This document shows, piece by piece, positions 49,251-58,856 of a stretch of DNA of 64,000 nt (positions within the stretch are counted from its first letter, which is position 1; each line of letters begins with the position of its first letter). Source of the DNA: an uncultured virus (IMG/VR IMGVR_UViG_3300023710_000222) (lineage: Duplodnaviria > Heunggongvirae > Uroviricota > Caudoviricetes); the IMG/VR virus record IMGVR_UViG_3300023710_000222. One strand, given 5' to 3'. The notes beneath the pieces were generated by a model. That model was not told where the DNA came from, ran no database searches, and saw only the letters and a program-made list of their open reading frames with translations. The position numbers and the translations under genes are program-made.

Positions 49251-50891
49251 CTACAAAACACCACTTCCATCGACACTAAAAATATCGTGTTGCGGGAACT
49301 TCTCACACCCGATATAGAGGGTGTCAAAAGCATCCGTTCCGTCGGTGCGGTGTTCCAATAAATCCTCTTCCGTTTCAGGGTTCTTCTCGTCATTCTTGTT
49401 CTTGCGGAATCCGAGCCGCCCACGATACACCTGTGCCGTCTGAATAGCGAGGATCAAGTCATCGTTATTCTGGCGGTTGAAGAAAGGCATGAGCCGCTGC
49501 TTACCAGCGAATGCCTGGTTGATGAGCAGGTACTTCTCATCATGCTTCATCGGATTACCGAGGTATACGTCAACGACCTCCCATCCGTGGCGTTCAAACT
49601 CTGTTACAATCACATAATGGAAGTCCTGGTCATTCACGGCATAGTTTGAGCCAAGCGCCGTAGCATCATAGTAGAACACCACCGTCTTGTTCTCATGGTA
49701 TGCGTAGTAATTGCAGAACTCCGCAATCAATGCCGGAAGTTTCTGCTCGAACTTGACGAAGAACGACTTCAGTACATTCAGGCGATGTCCTTTGGGCTGA
49801 CCGCAAACAATCCAATTTATATTGGCATTGTAATCCATGCCAATACAAATAGGAGCCTGCAAGTTCAAGTCCTTGTCAGCCCTGCAATCAAGAGCCGCGT
49901 CATCAAACTCATACCCTAGACTGTCTAAGTACTCGAAGTTTGAGGCGTTGTACTTGTGGCCTTCTTTCATCGACGAATAGAAGCCATCCTTGCGTATGCC
50001 TATCCGCTGACAGAGAATTGATGTCTGGAATGTCAGCGGAGTCAGGTCACGCTTCATCTGCCGGATGTAGTTCTCACCCAGCAGCTCCACATTCTCGATG
50101 CTGGAGTATTCCTTGTAATAAACAGCCACGGAGCGCATCTTATTCAGCTGCGTGTCCAGCTTGCGCAGATACCCTTTGAGGTAAGAAGGAATCACCTGTT
50201 TCTTCTTGCGTATCTCACGTATGCGCTCCTTGGTGTGCCATATCTCATAGAGGGTGGCCTTAATACCCTCGATGAGATCCTTGTCCATCTTCTCGCGGTA
50301 ATGCAGGAACCAGCTGCCTTTCTGTGTCTGCGGCATATCCGAGAGAATCATCAGCGAATGGTTGAAGCTATGCTTCCCAAAAAACGACTTGATGCCGCCG
50401 TTTGCGGGTAGCGTCTCATCCTTCAGCTTCTGGTAGTCAATGAACTTTGCTTCATCGACCAGCACCCATGAGAGCGTCAGGGAGTTGGACGTACCCGGAC
50501 GATCCTGGGAGATGATGATAGCGACTGAACCATTGTAGAACGTAATGACATGCTCATAGTCACTTGGTTCAATCAATGGCCTCTTGAAAGCCTTTGGCGG
50601 TCGTTTTCCCACCACGTAGTGCACATCCTTCTCATACCCCCATCTGCGCCAAGCCGTGAACAAGCCCGGCAGCGTGTTTGTCAGTCCGTGCTTGAACGTC
50701 GGTACCACGATGCCGCCCGTGCTCCCTTCCATGCGCTGCATATTGCGGAGCACGAAAGGCGCGGCGATGGAGTCCGTCTTACCTGTACGTCGCCCGGCCA
50801 CAATGACCGTCGTATTGGCCCCGATGAGCTGCGTCAATCGCTGCGGGTCATTGAAGTATATCCTCTTTGCTTCCTTCTCTGTCTTTTCCAT
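49251..50891 (-). CDS. Terminase large subunit-like protein
   Basis: AGRRTGKT Walker A, VLVDEAK Walker B, IGMDYN and TDGTDAFD RNase-H-like motifs. Confidence 0.85.
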   Translation of the reverse strand: MEKTEKEAKRIYFNDPQRLTQLIGANTTVIVAGRRTGKTDSIAAPFVLRNMQRMEGSTGGIVVPTFKHGLTNTLPGLFTAWRRWGYEKDVHYVVGKRPPKAFKRPLIEPSDYEHVITFYNGSVAIIISQDRPGTSNSLTLSWVLVDEAKFIDYQKLKDETLPANGGIKSFFGKHSFNHSLMILSDMPQTQKGSWFLHYREKMDKDLIEGIKATLYEIWHTKERIREIRKKKQVIPSYLKGYLRKLDTQLNKMRSVAVYYKEYSSIENVELLGENYIRQMKRDLTPLTFQTSILCQRIGIRKDGFYSSMKEGHKYNASNFEYLDSLGYEFDDAALDCRADKDLNLQAPICIGMDYNANINWIVCGQPKGHRLNVLKSFFVKFEQKLPALIAEFCNYYAYHENKTVVFYYDATALGSNYAVNDQDFHYVIVTEFERHGWEVVDVYLGNPMKHDEKYLLINQAFAGKQRLMPFFNRQNNDDLILAIQTAQVYRGRLGFRKNKNDEKNPETEEDLLEHRTDGTDAFDTLYIGCEKFPQHDIFSVDGSGVL

Positions 50892-50894
50892 GGC

Positions 50895-51533
50895 TTACTC
50901 CGTTTCGTCTTCATCCTTGACTTCCTCATATTCCGCATACAGCTCATCCTCTTCGAGGTCAGCTTCCTCATACTCAACATCATCAATATCCGCAGACTCA
51001 GCCCGATATTTGGCCAGCAAGTCCTCCACGAACTTCTGCCTGTTGGGAATGGGCTTGATTCCCAGTACCGACGGGTCGGAAGTCGCAGTGAAGGGCTGTA
51101 TGACGATGAGATGATAAGGCAGTGCCGTTTCATCCTCCACATCGACGCGGTTGTATTTGGCGTAGGAGGTAGCGGCACGTTCCATCGTCTTCGTGTCCTT
51201 GCGTTTCTTGGCCATCTGGTACGTTTCGAGAATCATCTCGTTATAACGCCACCGATGGAACTCCCGCGAGGCCGAAGTAAGCAGCGGCATCAAGGCTTTG
51301 ATGACAGCCAAATCCGCGTATGCCTGTGACCGATGAGCAGCATACCCACGTGCCAGCTCCTCCTCGATAAACTGCCTGTCCTTTGCATCAGGATTCGCCA
51401 GTACCCACGAATACATGTCACGCAAACGCAGTACACGGGCAATCTGCGTTTCCGTGTACTTTTCTTGGCGCATGACTTCAGCAGTTGAAAAGAGATGCTC
51501 CTTGCACAGATCTATGGTGGATATGTTGGCCAT
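50895..51533 (-). CDS. Putative terminase small subunit-like protein
   Basis: Directly upstream of the large subunit; helical with an acidic tail. Confidence 0.5.
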   Translation of the reverse strand: MANISTIDLCKEHLFSTAEVMRQEKYTETQIARVLRLRDMYSWVLANPDAKDRQFIEEELARGYAAHRSQAYADLAVIKALMPLLTSASREFHRWRYNEMILETYQMAKKRKDTKTMERAATSYAKYNRVDVEDETALPYHLIVIQPFTATSDPSVLGIKPIPNRQKFVEDLLAKYRAESADIDDVEYEEADLEEDELYAEYEEVKDEDETE

Positions 51534-51542
51534 TGTGCGGTG

Positions 51543-51833
51543 TTATTCATCGTCTTCCATATCGAGCAGGTTCTTCGCTGCATTCTCCAAGGCAAGCGGA
51601 GAGCCGACCATTGCCAGCTGCATTTCTTGCATGTGCAGCTTTACCTTTGAACTGGCTTTCCCGCGAAGGTAAGCCTGTGACACAAGCGTTTGCCTGTTCT
51701 TGATGTCCTCGCGCAGTTGCTCAGCGGGAATATCAAGAATCAGTGCAATGTCAGATATAGGCAGAAAGATGGAAGCATACTTCTCTATCTCCTCCAATTC
51801 ATTGGCTTTGTATTCTCTGTTCGAGCAATCCAT
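51543..51833 (-). CDS. Small HTH-like phage protein
   Basis: ISDIALILDIPAEQL helix-turn-helix-like segment. Confidence 0.5.
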   Translation of the reverse strand: MDCSNREYKANELEEIEKYASIFLPISDIALILDIPAEQLREDIKNRQTLVSQAYLRGKASSKVKLHMQEMQLAMVGSPLALENAAKNLLDMEDDE

Positions 51834-52320
51834 GTAGCGGTACTGATTTGTTACGGATGATATACTGCATTTCTTTCTGAAGCGTATTGAAAATGCCAGG
51901 ATCTGTTGTCACCAAAGCCGACTCTGTGCGGTTGCCTCGTGTGAGGTTCTGCGAGGTGAGGACAGTTGCCACCGCCCCGCTTTCAGCCTGAACGAGCAGC
52001 ACCTTGGAGTGATTATCTGCCAAATAGACGTGTTCCATCGTCTGGCAGATGAACGGCCACAGTCTCAAAGTCTTCTGCGTAGCCTTGAAGTCCAGAACCA
52101 AGTTGAACTGTGAAACGCGGCCATCTTGCTCGATGAAGAACAGGCGGCGAAGGAATTCCTCGGAGATGGAGAACGAAGTCTGCCAGACCTCAGACTTCCC
52201 TACCTGTTCCAGTATCCATTCGAGCACATCAGCCACCTGCAGCTCATTGGTGAGATAGACCTGATGCGTCTTTTCAGCCAATGGTAGAAGGTATTTGGAT
52301 ATGTTGATGCCGCGTTTCAT
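51799..52320 (-). CDS. PLD-like (HxK) nuclease-fold protein
   Basis: NHSKVLL...TSQNLT...RTE. Confidence 0.65.
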   Translation of the reverse strand: MKRGINISKYLLPLAEKTHQVYLTNELQVADVLEWILEQVGKSEVWQTSFSISEEFLRRLFFIEQDGRVSQFNLVLDFKATQKTLRLWPFICQTMEHVYLADNHSKVLLVQAESGAVATVLTSQNLTRGNRTESALVTTDPGIFNTLQKEMQYIIRNKSVPLHGLLEQRIQSQ

Positions 52321-52323
52321 GTA

Positions 52324-53004
52324 TTATTCTGTATTCTTAGCGGCTGAATCCTTTGCCTCCTTCTTGGCTTTCGGCTTCGAGGCTTTCTTTTCGCCCTTGG
52401 CCGCAGTCTTAGACCCCTTGGCCGTGGACTTCTTGACCTTAGTTGTGTCAGGTACTGGAGTACCTATCACATAGTGGTCATAGATGTCCCAATTCTCATG
52501 AATCTGCTTGTCAAGCTCTATTAGTTCTTTAAGGAACGGATAGCGTTCTGAGTCCGGGCAGCTGACATTCTCCAAGGAGAGATTGCGCAGTTTCAGATGC
52601 ACTTCCCGCAACCTCTGGAGCAAGGGTAGGTTCTCTACATAGCGTGCCTGAATCTCTTCCGGCAGCTGGTCGTGATCTGCCCGTTTCCCTTTACGGAATT
52701 CCTCATCCGAAGTACCCTTTTTCGGGGCATCCCGATACAGGAAATATTTCTTCTCGATGACCTTCACCTGGGCATCCATTTGTTCCACTTCCTCATGCGT
52801 ACACTTGGCCAGTCTTGCAGTCAGGCGACGGCTCAATTCCGAGACAAGATAATCCATCAGTTTCTTCTTGTCAGGATAGCGCATGAGGTTGTTATAATGG
52901 ATGTGATTGCCCTCTAACTGAAGCAGCAGAAGACATCCTTCCTCAGTTGTTCGGCTGTCATCATCTAGCCAAGAACGGAGCTTAGAGTTAAACATTTCAT
53001 TCAT
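52324..53004 (-). CDS. Phage hypothetical protein with basic tail
   Basis: GKRADHDQLPEEIQ..NWDIYD; Lys/Ala-rich C-terminus. Confidence 0.65.
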   Translation of the reverse strand: MNEMFNSKLRSWLDDDSRTTEEGCLLLLQLEGNHIHYNNLMRYPDKKKLMDYLVSELSRRLTARLAKCTHEEVEQMDAQVKVIEKKYFLYRDAPKKGTSDEEFRKGKRADHDQLPEEIQARYVENLPLLQRLREVHLKLRNLSLENVSCPDSERYPFLKELIELDKQIHENWDIYDHYVIGTPVPDTTKVKKSTAKGSKTAAKGEKKASKPKAKKEAKDSAAKNTE

Positions 53005-53057
53005 ATCATAGATGTTTAATATCCAGTTTATAATGTAATCACATATAAATATCTACT

Positions 53058-53708
53058 TCAAAGCTTGTTGTTGATTCCGGCAAACAGCATCACGTTTTTT
53101 TTGTGGCCATCGAACACCGCCTTCATCGACTTCATTGTTGACCCCGTTGTGACGAAATCATCAAAGATAATGATGTTGTTTTCGGGTGGCAAAAACAGTA
53201 GGTCAAACACCGCGTTTACCCGATGTTTCGACTTGCAAACGGCCACATCTTCATAGAACGGTATGCCCATTTTCTTGCCAATTTCATCAGCAATCAGCGT
53301 GGCGAAATTGCGAGTCAGATGCCTCCGTTTGGGAGTGCAAACGATACACCAGTTTCCATTCTTCAGATGCTGTCCGATGACCTCCCCGATGAGCCTGCTC
53401 ACCTCCTCAGCGAAGTGCGGTATCTCGCCATCGTCCGACTTGATTTCAGTCAGTGTCCGTCCCATGACGGACTTCTGCCATAGTGCAAAAAACCATACCC
53501 CTGCGCGGCTCACCAACCGCGTCTTCGGGTAAAAGTCACATCGCGCCTCCGTGTCCTTGTCCCAGGCTTCCCGTCTCTTTTTCCCGAAGAGATCCTTGAC
53601 TGTTCTCTGTCTGGTTGACTCGGAAAAAGAACGAAGCGCACCGTCCATGTCCGGCACTTGCACCTCAGCGAGGAGGTCACTCATGTCTATGGCGGTGCGC
53701 TCATCCAA
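53058..53708 (-). CDS. ComF-like phosphoribosyltransferase-domain protein
   Basis: IIIFDDFVTTGSTM PRPP-binding loop. Confidence 0.8.
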   Translation of the reverse strand: MDERTAIDMSDLLAEVQVPDMDGALRSFSESTRQRTVKDLFGKKRREAWDKDTEARCDFYPKTRLVSRAGVWFFALWQKSVMGRTLTEIKSDDGEIPHFAEEVSRLIGEVIGQHLKNGNWCIVCTPKRRHLTRNFATLIADEIGKKMGIPFYEDVAVCKSKHRVNAVFDLLFLPPENNIIIFDDFVTTGSTMKSMKAVFDGHKKNVMLFAGINNKL

Positions 53709-53739
53709 CGTTTCAAAGATATGATTTCAAGAGTCTTTA

Positions 53740-54318
53740 TCAGGAACCAGTCAGAACTACCGTTCCGTCCTCGGTGGCTATCGAGCCTTGGTAGAACGGC
53801 GAGGGGCATACATCCGTGGCCTCCACGTTGATGGTGGTGCTGGCCGTTCCCGTGGCACCCTGTCCGTTGTCCTGTGTCACCGTTGTCTTCGTCTCATAGA
53901 AACGAGACCCGACGATGCGCCAGTAGCCGGACATGTCCTGTACGAGGAACACGTTATCGGAGTTGTTGAGGTAACACGCAACGGCAGAAGCCTCGGGGCC
54001 TACTCCCGGATGGACGGCAGTGAGCTTGTTCAACTGCGTCTGCGAGGGAGCTTCCCCCTGCGGGTCAGAGGTCAGCGTGGACTTCTCCGCGAGGATGTCG
54101 ATGTAATACCAATAGGTATCAGCCTTCAGCGCGAAGTTGCCCGTCACGGTGGCAAAAGAGTATCTGCCTCCGTTGTCCGTGCTGTAATTTGGCCACTGCA
54201 CGATGTTCTGCTTACTCGTGTAGTAGAGCCTGCGGCGGATGCCAGGCATGACGGGCATACCTTGGCACCAACCGAGGGAGCGCTGCAATGGCGTAAAGCA
54301 AGAGTTATTGTTTGGCAT
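53740..54318 (-). CDS. Putative major tail (tube)-like protein, copy B
   Basis: Near-identical paralogue of 54345-54947; downstream of the capsid gene. Confidence 0.55.
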   Translation of the reverse strand: MPNNNSCFTPLQRSLGWCQGMPVMPGIRRRLYYTSKQNIVQWPNYSTDNGGRYSFATVTGNFALKADTYWYYIDILAEKSTLTSDPQGEAPSQTQLNKLTAVHPGVGPEASAVACYLNNSDNVFLVQDMSGYWRIVGSRFYETKTTVTQDNGQGATGTASTTINVEATDVCPSPFYQGSIATEDGTVVLTGS

Positions 54319-54344
54319 AGTCGTACAATTTAGAGTTTCAACGA

Positions 54345-54947
54345 TTAACCGCCATTGTTCTGTTCTTCAGCGGAATCATCCTCGTCATCCAGAGTCAGTT
54401 CTCCGTCCTCGGTGACGATTTTCCCAGCATAGAAAGGTGACGGCGCGATGTCAGTAGCTTCCACGTTGATGGTGGTGCTGGCCGTTCCCGTTGCGCCCTG
54501 TCCGTTGTCCTGCGTCACCGTTGTCTTCGTCTCATAGAAACGAGAGCCGACGATGCGCCACTTCCCGGACATGTCCTGAACGATGAACACGTTATCGGAG
54601 TTATTGAGGTAACAGGCGACGGCAGAAGCCTCGGGGCCTACTCCCGGATGAACGGCAGTCAGTTTGTTCAACTGTGTCTGCGAGGGTGTTTCCCCTTGCG
54701 GATCCGAGGTCAGCGTGGATTTCTCCGCGAGGATGTCAATATAATGCCAATAGGTATCAGCCTTCAGCGTGAAGTTACCCGACGTATTGGCAAAGGACAG
54801 GCTGCTGCTGGTATAGGCTGGCCACTGCACGATATTCTGCTTGCTCGTGTAGTAGAGCCTGCGGCGGATGCCCGGCAATACAGGCATTCCCTGGCACCAT
54901 CCAAGAGACTTCTGCAATGGAGTAAAGCAAGTATTTTGCGTAGGCAT
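54345..54947 (-). CDS. Putative major tail (tube)-like protein, copy A
   Basis: PGIRRRLYY..NSDNVF.VQD..RIVGS; Thr-rich beta protein after the capsid gene. Confidence 0.55.
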   Translation of the reverse strand: MPTQNTCFTPLQKSLGWCQGMPVLPGIRRRLYYTSKQNIVQWPAYTSSSLSFANTSGNFTLKADTYWHYIDILAEKSTLTSDPQGETPSQTQLNKLTAVHPGVGPEASAVACYLNNSDNVFIVQDMSGKWRIVGSRFYETKTTVTQDNGQGATGTASTTINVEATDIAPSPFYAGKIVTEDGELTLDDEDDSAEEQNNGG

Positions 54948-55002
54948 AGCAGTAATGATTTAACAGTTCAACAATTGCATGGATTCAGTTGTCATTACCG
55001 AC

Positions 55003-56115
55003 TTAGCCGTTGCCCCCATTATTCTCACCGCCTTGGTTGTCACCTCCGGTGTTTTCACCGCCTTGGGTGTTGCCTTGTTCCTGGCTTCCACCTTGGTTCT
55101 GAGACTGGCCGCTGTTCTGGTCCTGTCCGTTGCCCTGTTCCTCTTCGGAAGAGCCGAACAGTTCGATAACCTTCAGGCGGCGACGGTCGATGCTCTCGAA
55201 CTGCACGCCGAAGAACATGGTGGCGATGTAAGTAAGGACGAAGGGAGCGAACTCACGTACATCCACACTTTCCATATCACCCATCTGGTCAAAACCAACG
55301 AGCATATTGCTCTTGGGAGCGATGTGGATAAAGTTGGAGCCCAGCTTGTTCGTGAGCGGGATCATGTGCAGCTTGTTATTGCTGCCCTCGACGGTATTCT
55401 TCTCATAACCGAGGTTATAGGGAAGAGCCCCGTGCATGGACTGGTAGGATTCGTTGTACATGTCAACGAACTCCTGTGTGCAGTACATGTTCAGGTCCTG
55501 GGCGCGGAGAATCGGGTCAAGGCTGAACAGAATCTTCTTGGCGACGGTACAGGCGTTCAGCTCGGTAATCTCCTCAGTCAGTTTGAGGTAGTTACCCTTG
55601 TTGGCTGCGATGTTACCAGCGGTGATTTCCGTGGAGGTAATCGTATCGAAGCCGTTGAACAGATCCATCGTAGTGTCGCCGTTCTCATTGCGTACAGCCG
55701 ACCAGATAGCATTGTTAAGCGTTTCGGACAGACCACGGGAAATGAGGGCAAGCACTTCTCTTGCCTGAATCGTGTTCTTCTGTCCGTCACCCTTGGTAGA
55801 ACCTGCCATCATGCCGAGCAAGGTACTTACGGCACTGTTAGGCTCGAAATCCGTACATACGGAACCGAAGAACGTTTCCAAAGTGCGGAAATTCAGGTGA
55901 AGATCCGTGTTAGTGCGTCGGCTGGCCTTATACGGAGCGAACTGAGCCGTGCCGCTTATTTCGCCCACGGACTCCTTATAGCGGATGCCCGGGCGCTTAG
56001 TCATGTGCTGCAGAGTTTCCTCACAGCCGATGATGGGGAGCATCAACAGTTCCTTGCGCCACTTGTGCGCTGCCTCCTGATACTCCTGCGGGGTAAAGTG
56101 AACTATTCCTGCCAT
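55003..56115 (-). CDS. Putative major capsid protein
   Basis: 370 aa directly after Clp protease/scaffold; DLFNGFDTI motif; Gly/Gln/Asn-rich tail. Confidence 0.7.
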   Translation of the reverse strand: MAGIVHFTPQEYQEAAHKWRKELLMLPIIGCEETLQHMTKRPGIRYKESVGEISGTAQFAPYKASRRTNTDLHLNFRTLETFFGSVCTDFEPNSAVSTLLGMMAGSTKGDGQKNTIQAREVLALISRGLSETLNNAIWSAVRNENGDTTMDLFNGFDTITSTEITAGNIAANKGNYLKLTEEITELNACTVAKKILFSLDPILRAQDLNMYCTQEFVDMYNESYQSMHGALPYNLGYEKNTVEGSNNKLHMIPLTNKLGSNFIHIAPKSNMLVGFDQMGDMESVDVREFAPFVLTYIATMFFGVQFESIDRRRLKVIELFGSSEEEQGNGQDQNSGQSQNQGGSQEQGNTQGGENTGGDNQGGENNGGNG

Positions 56116-56172
56116 GGTAGTAAAAAATTGTGTTTGTGTTGTTTGGAAGAATTGGATAAAAGAAAGATGGGT

Positions 56173-57297
56173 TTAGGAAACCAGATCATACAGCTCTTTG
56201 GCGCTGTTCACCCTGGCCAGGTACTCACTTGCTCTGTTGGGCTGCTGGTTGTTCTCGCCGGAGTTGTTGTTGACCACAGAAGAAGTAGTATCAGCGGGAG
56301 TAGCTTTGAGTGCTCTCACCTCTGCTTCCAGCTCAGTGATGCGGTTGTTACGCTCTGTCAGCTGGTTCTCCTGGTCTGTGATACGTGTTTCCTGTGCGGT
56401 GATGTGGTCTTCGAGGCTCTGCAGCTGTGCCTCCGTAAGAGGCACGCTGCCCTCGGCGTTGGGAGTGAAGCCCTCCACTTGCAGTGTGGCTTCGATGTGA
56501 GGCATCTGTTTCATGGGAGTGATGGGTGTGTTTGGAGTTTGTGTTTGATTATCTTCTTGGTTGTGAATCGATGTGTCAGGATCCTGAGCTGCGGCTTCCG
56601 GGGTTTTGTTCCCGAATGTGAACAAACCCGCCAGAGCCGCCATGAACCTCGTGAAGAGCGGTTCCGATGGCTGCTCAGTCTTCCCCTCTGCATAAGGAAT
56701 GGCCGGAATAGGAATGCAAGCCGTCGCCAATGCGGTGGCCAGCGCCTCGGTCATCATAGGCTTCACGTCCTCCTCATATTCCGTGATGTCATCGACGAAG
56801 CCCCATTCCTTGGCTTCCTTGGCTGTCAGCCAGCCGCCCGTCTTCATCAATGCCAGCAGATCCTCATGAGGCTTGCGGCATCGGGCGGCATACATGGCAG
56901 CTACATGAGAGTCCAGCTTTTCCAGATTTGCCTTCTGCTTGTCAAGACTGTCAATATACTCCTGCAGCTGGTCGGCGTTCATGCTTGCCCACTCGAACAC
57001 CGCCACCGAACATTTGTGCACCAGATAGAGCGCAGACGCATCCATGGAGATGCGCTGCGCTCCGAGCGAGGAGATGGTGGCGGCAGAGGCATTCATGCCG
57101 GAGAAATGGACGTGGACCTTCCCGTGACGGTGGAAGGCGGAGGATATAGAGAGTGCCGTGGCCAGCTGACCTCCTGTGGAGTCCACAAGAACGCTGACCT
57201 CGGCATCGGGATTTGCGGCCAGCGTGGCCAGCACGGACTCCGTATTGAAGTCCGCGCCGCCCACATAGCCTTTAAGATGAAGATGATATTGAGTCAT
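56173..57297 (-). CDS. ClpP-like head maturation protease with scaffold-like coiled coil
   Basis: DSTGG, NASAAT, LVHK and WLTAKEAKEWGFVD motifs. Confidence 0.88.
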   Translation of the reverse strand: MTQYHLHLKGYVGGADFNTESVLATLAANPDAEVSVLVDSTGGQLATALSISSAFHRHGKVHVHFSGMNASAATISSLGAQRISMDASALYLVHKCSVAVFEWASMNADQLQEYIDSLDKQKANLEKLDSHVAAMYAARCRKPHEDLLALMKTGGWLTAKEAKEWGFVDDITEYEEDVKPMMTEALATALATACIPIPAIPYAEGKTEQPSEPLFTRFMAALAGLFTFGNKTPEAAAQDPDTSIHNQEDNQTQTPNTPITPMKQMPHIEATLQVEGFTPNAEGSVPLTEAQLQSLEDHITAQETRITDQENQLTERNNRITELEAEVRALKATPADTTSSVVNNNSGENNQQPNRASEYLARVNSAKELYDLVS

Positions 57298-57322
57298 GTG
57301 GCAGATGTGTTTGTTTCTGCCA

Positions 57323-57358
57323 CAAAAGTACTATATTATATATATACGCGAAAAGACA
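57323..57358 (-). promoter_or_regulatory. Putative late promoter of the head/packaging operon
   Basis: TGTCTTTTCGC-N17-TACTTTTG. Confidence 0.7.
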
Positions 57359-57371
57359 ATTTAGCACACAA

Positions 57372-57407
57372 TAATAAATGCCCGCTCTCACTTGCAAGAA
57401 CGGGCAT
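57372..57407 (-). terminator. Possible terminator after the ATPase gene
   Basis: ATGCCCG...CGGGCAT stem followed by TTATTATT on the minus strand. Confidence 0.45.
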
Positions 57408-57427
57408 ATCATTCAAATCATCTGAAA

Positions 57428-58780
57428 TCATAGGAAGGGTGTCATATATACAGGAAGGCTCAGCAAGTCCCCGTCTTTGCGTACATCTTTTGTGTGCAAG
57501 ACATACCTGTGAAGAATACGCTCAGAGTATTTTTCCTGGAAATGGTCAATAGAAGCGTGTTTCGTTGACTGTGACGACTTCACTTCAATAGGACAGAGCT
57601 TAGCTTGCCGCGAAAGCAGGAAGTCAATCTCATAGTTATGCTTGCCGGATTCTGTCGGCCAAGTGTGATAGAACAGCTTACTATTTGCGGCAACAAGCAT
57701 CTGTGCCACGATGTTCTCGTATATGTATCCCAGATTTGTATTCAGTTTGTCAGACAACAGTTTTTGATAGATAATGTTTTCCGAGAAATCATTATCCCAG
57801 AATGCCAGTGTCACAAAGAGCCCGGTATCACCACAGAAAAGCTTAAACTGTTCCTGGCTTATATTTAGCGACAGTCCGGCGTGTGGGTCGTTGGCATGAT
57901 AGGCAATGTTGGTTGTCATAGAATCCTTCAGGATGGCAATCTCCTCTGTCAGCCTGTCAACCCGTCCTCCATCAACGACGCTTGACACTTTGTAGCGTGA
58001 AGCATTACTGCTCAGCTGTGCAGGTATGGCATGAAAGAGTAATGACGTAACGCCAGAGGGGTCTAATTTGTAGAAATCATCATCATAGAGGTTGATGATA
58101 CTGCGTTTCCTCTGATCTACAATACTCAGGTTCTGAGTGTCAAGATAGTCATTAACTGCCTGTGGCATACCTCCTACAAGCATATACAGCCTGAAGTCCC
58201 GCATCAGCTTCCTGTTTACGGCATCTCCCAAGGGCTTGCGTTTGTCGAACATTGTTTTCAGTAGTGGGATGGTAGCTGTATCGCCCATGGCCCATCTGAA
58301 TTCCTCGTAGTCCATGGGGTACATGTCAAGACGTGTCTCTTCACTTGGAATGACGATACCCTGAATGTTCTTCTTTATGCTCAATAACGAGCCGGTTTCA
58401 ATGTAGTCATACCTGCCGTCCTTTACCAGATACTTGATAGCTTGCCGTGCCAGTGGCTGTTTCTGAATCTCATCCAACACTACAACAGATTTTCCAGGTA
58501 CAAGAGTTACATTGTACGTAAGCTGTAGTTGGGTGAATAAGAAATCAAGATCAGACGTATCCTCGAAGAGTCGCATGACAGCTTTCGGGGCATTGGCAAA
58601 GTCTATAATGAGATAGCTCTCATACTCATGTTTTGCGAATTGCTCCACGACAGTAGATTTACCCACTCGCCTTGCACCTCTTATGAGTAAGGCGGTGGTG
58701 CCATGCTGGTTCTTTTTCCATTCGAGCATACGCTCATAAATCTTCCTTTTGAAGATCCTTTCTTCAGTTTTTGCGGGCAT
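57428..58780 (-). CDS. AAA_14 ATPase with DUF4143 / PD-(D/E)xK-like C-terminus
   Basis: GARRVGKS, LDEIQ, ETGS, GGMP, DTGL, ENIVAQ and EIDF..PIEVKS motifs; start likely MPAKT (58780). Confidence 0.9.
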   Translation of the reverse strand: MPAKTEERIFKRKIYERMLEWKKNQHGTTALLIRGARRVGKSTVVEQFAKHEYESYLIIDFANAPKAVMRLFEDTSDLDFLFTQLQLTYNVTLVPGKSVVVLDEIQKQPLARQAIKYLVKDGRYDYIETGSLLSIKKNIQGIVIPSEETRLDMYPMDYEEFRWAMGDTATIPLLKTMFDKRKPLGDAVNRKLMRDFRLYMLVGGMPQAVNDYLDTQNLSIVDQRKRSIINLYDDDFYKLDPSGVTSLLFHAIPAQLSSNASRYKVSSVVDGGRVDRLTEEIAILKDSMTTNIAYHANDPHAGLSLNISQEQFKLFCGDTGLFVTLAFWDNDFSENIIYQKLLSDKLNTNLGYIYENIVAQMLVAANSKLFYHTWPTESGKHNYEIDFLLSRQAKLCPIEVKSSQSTKHASIDHFQEKYSERILHRYVLHTKDVRKDGDLLSLPVYMTPFL

Positions 58781-58856
58781 ATCAGTTGCTGTTATTGATA
58801 ATTGCGCTGCAAAGGTATTCATTTATTTCTAAATATCAAAGATTTAGCATCAATTT

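Noticed and set aside
53740..54947. Diversity-generating retroelement template/variable repeat pair
   Set aside because: No reverse transcriptase in the window, differences are not adenine-specific, and both copies are full genes
54979..57552. 857-aa plus-strand ORF
   Set aside because: Antisense shadow of the capsid and Clp protease genes with no protein motifs
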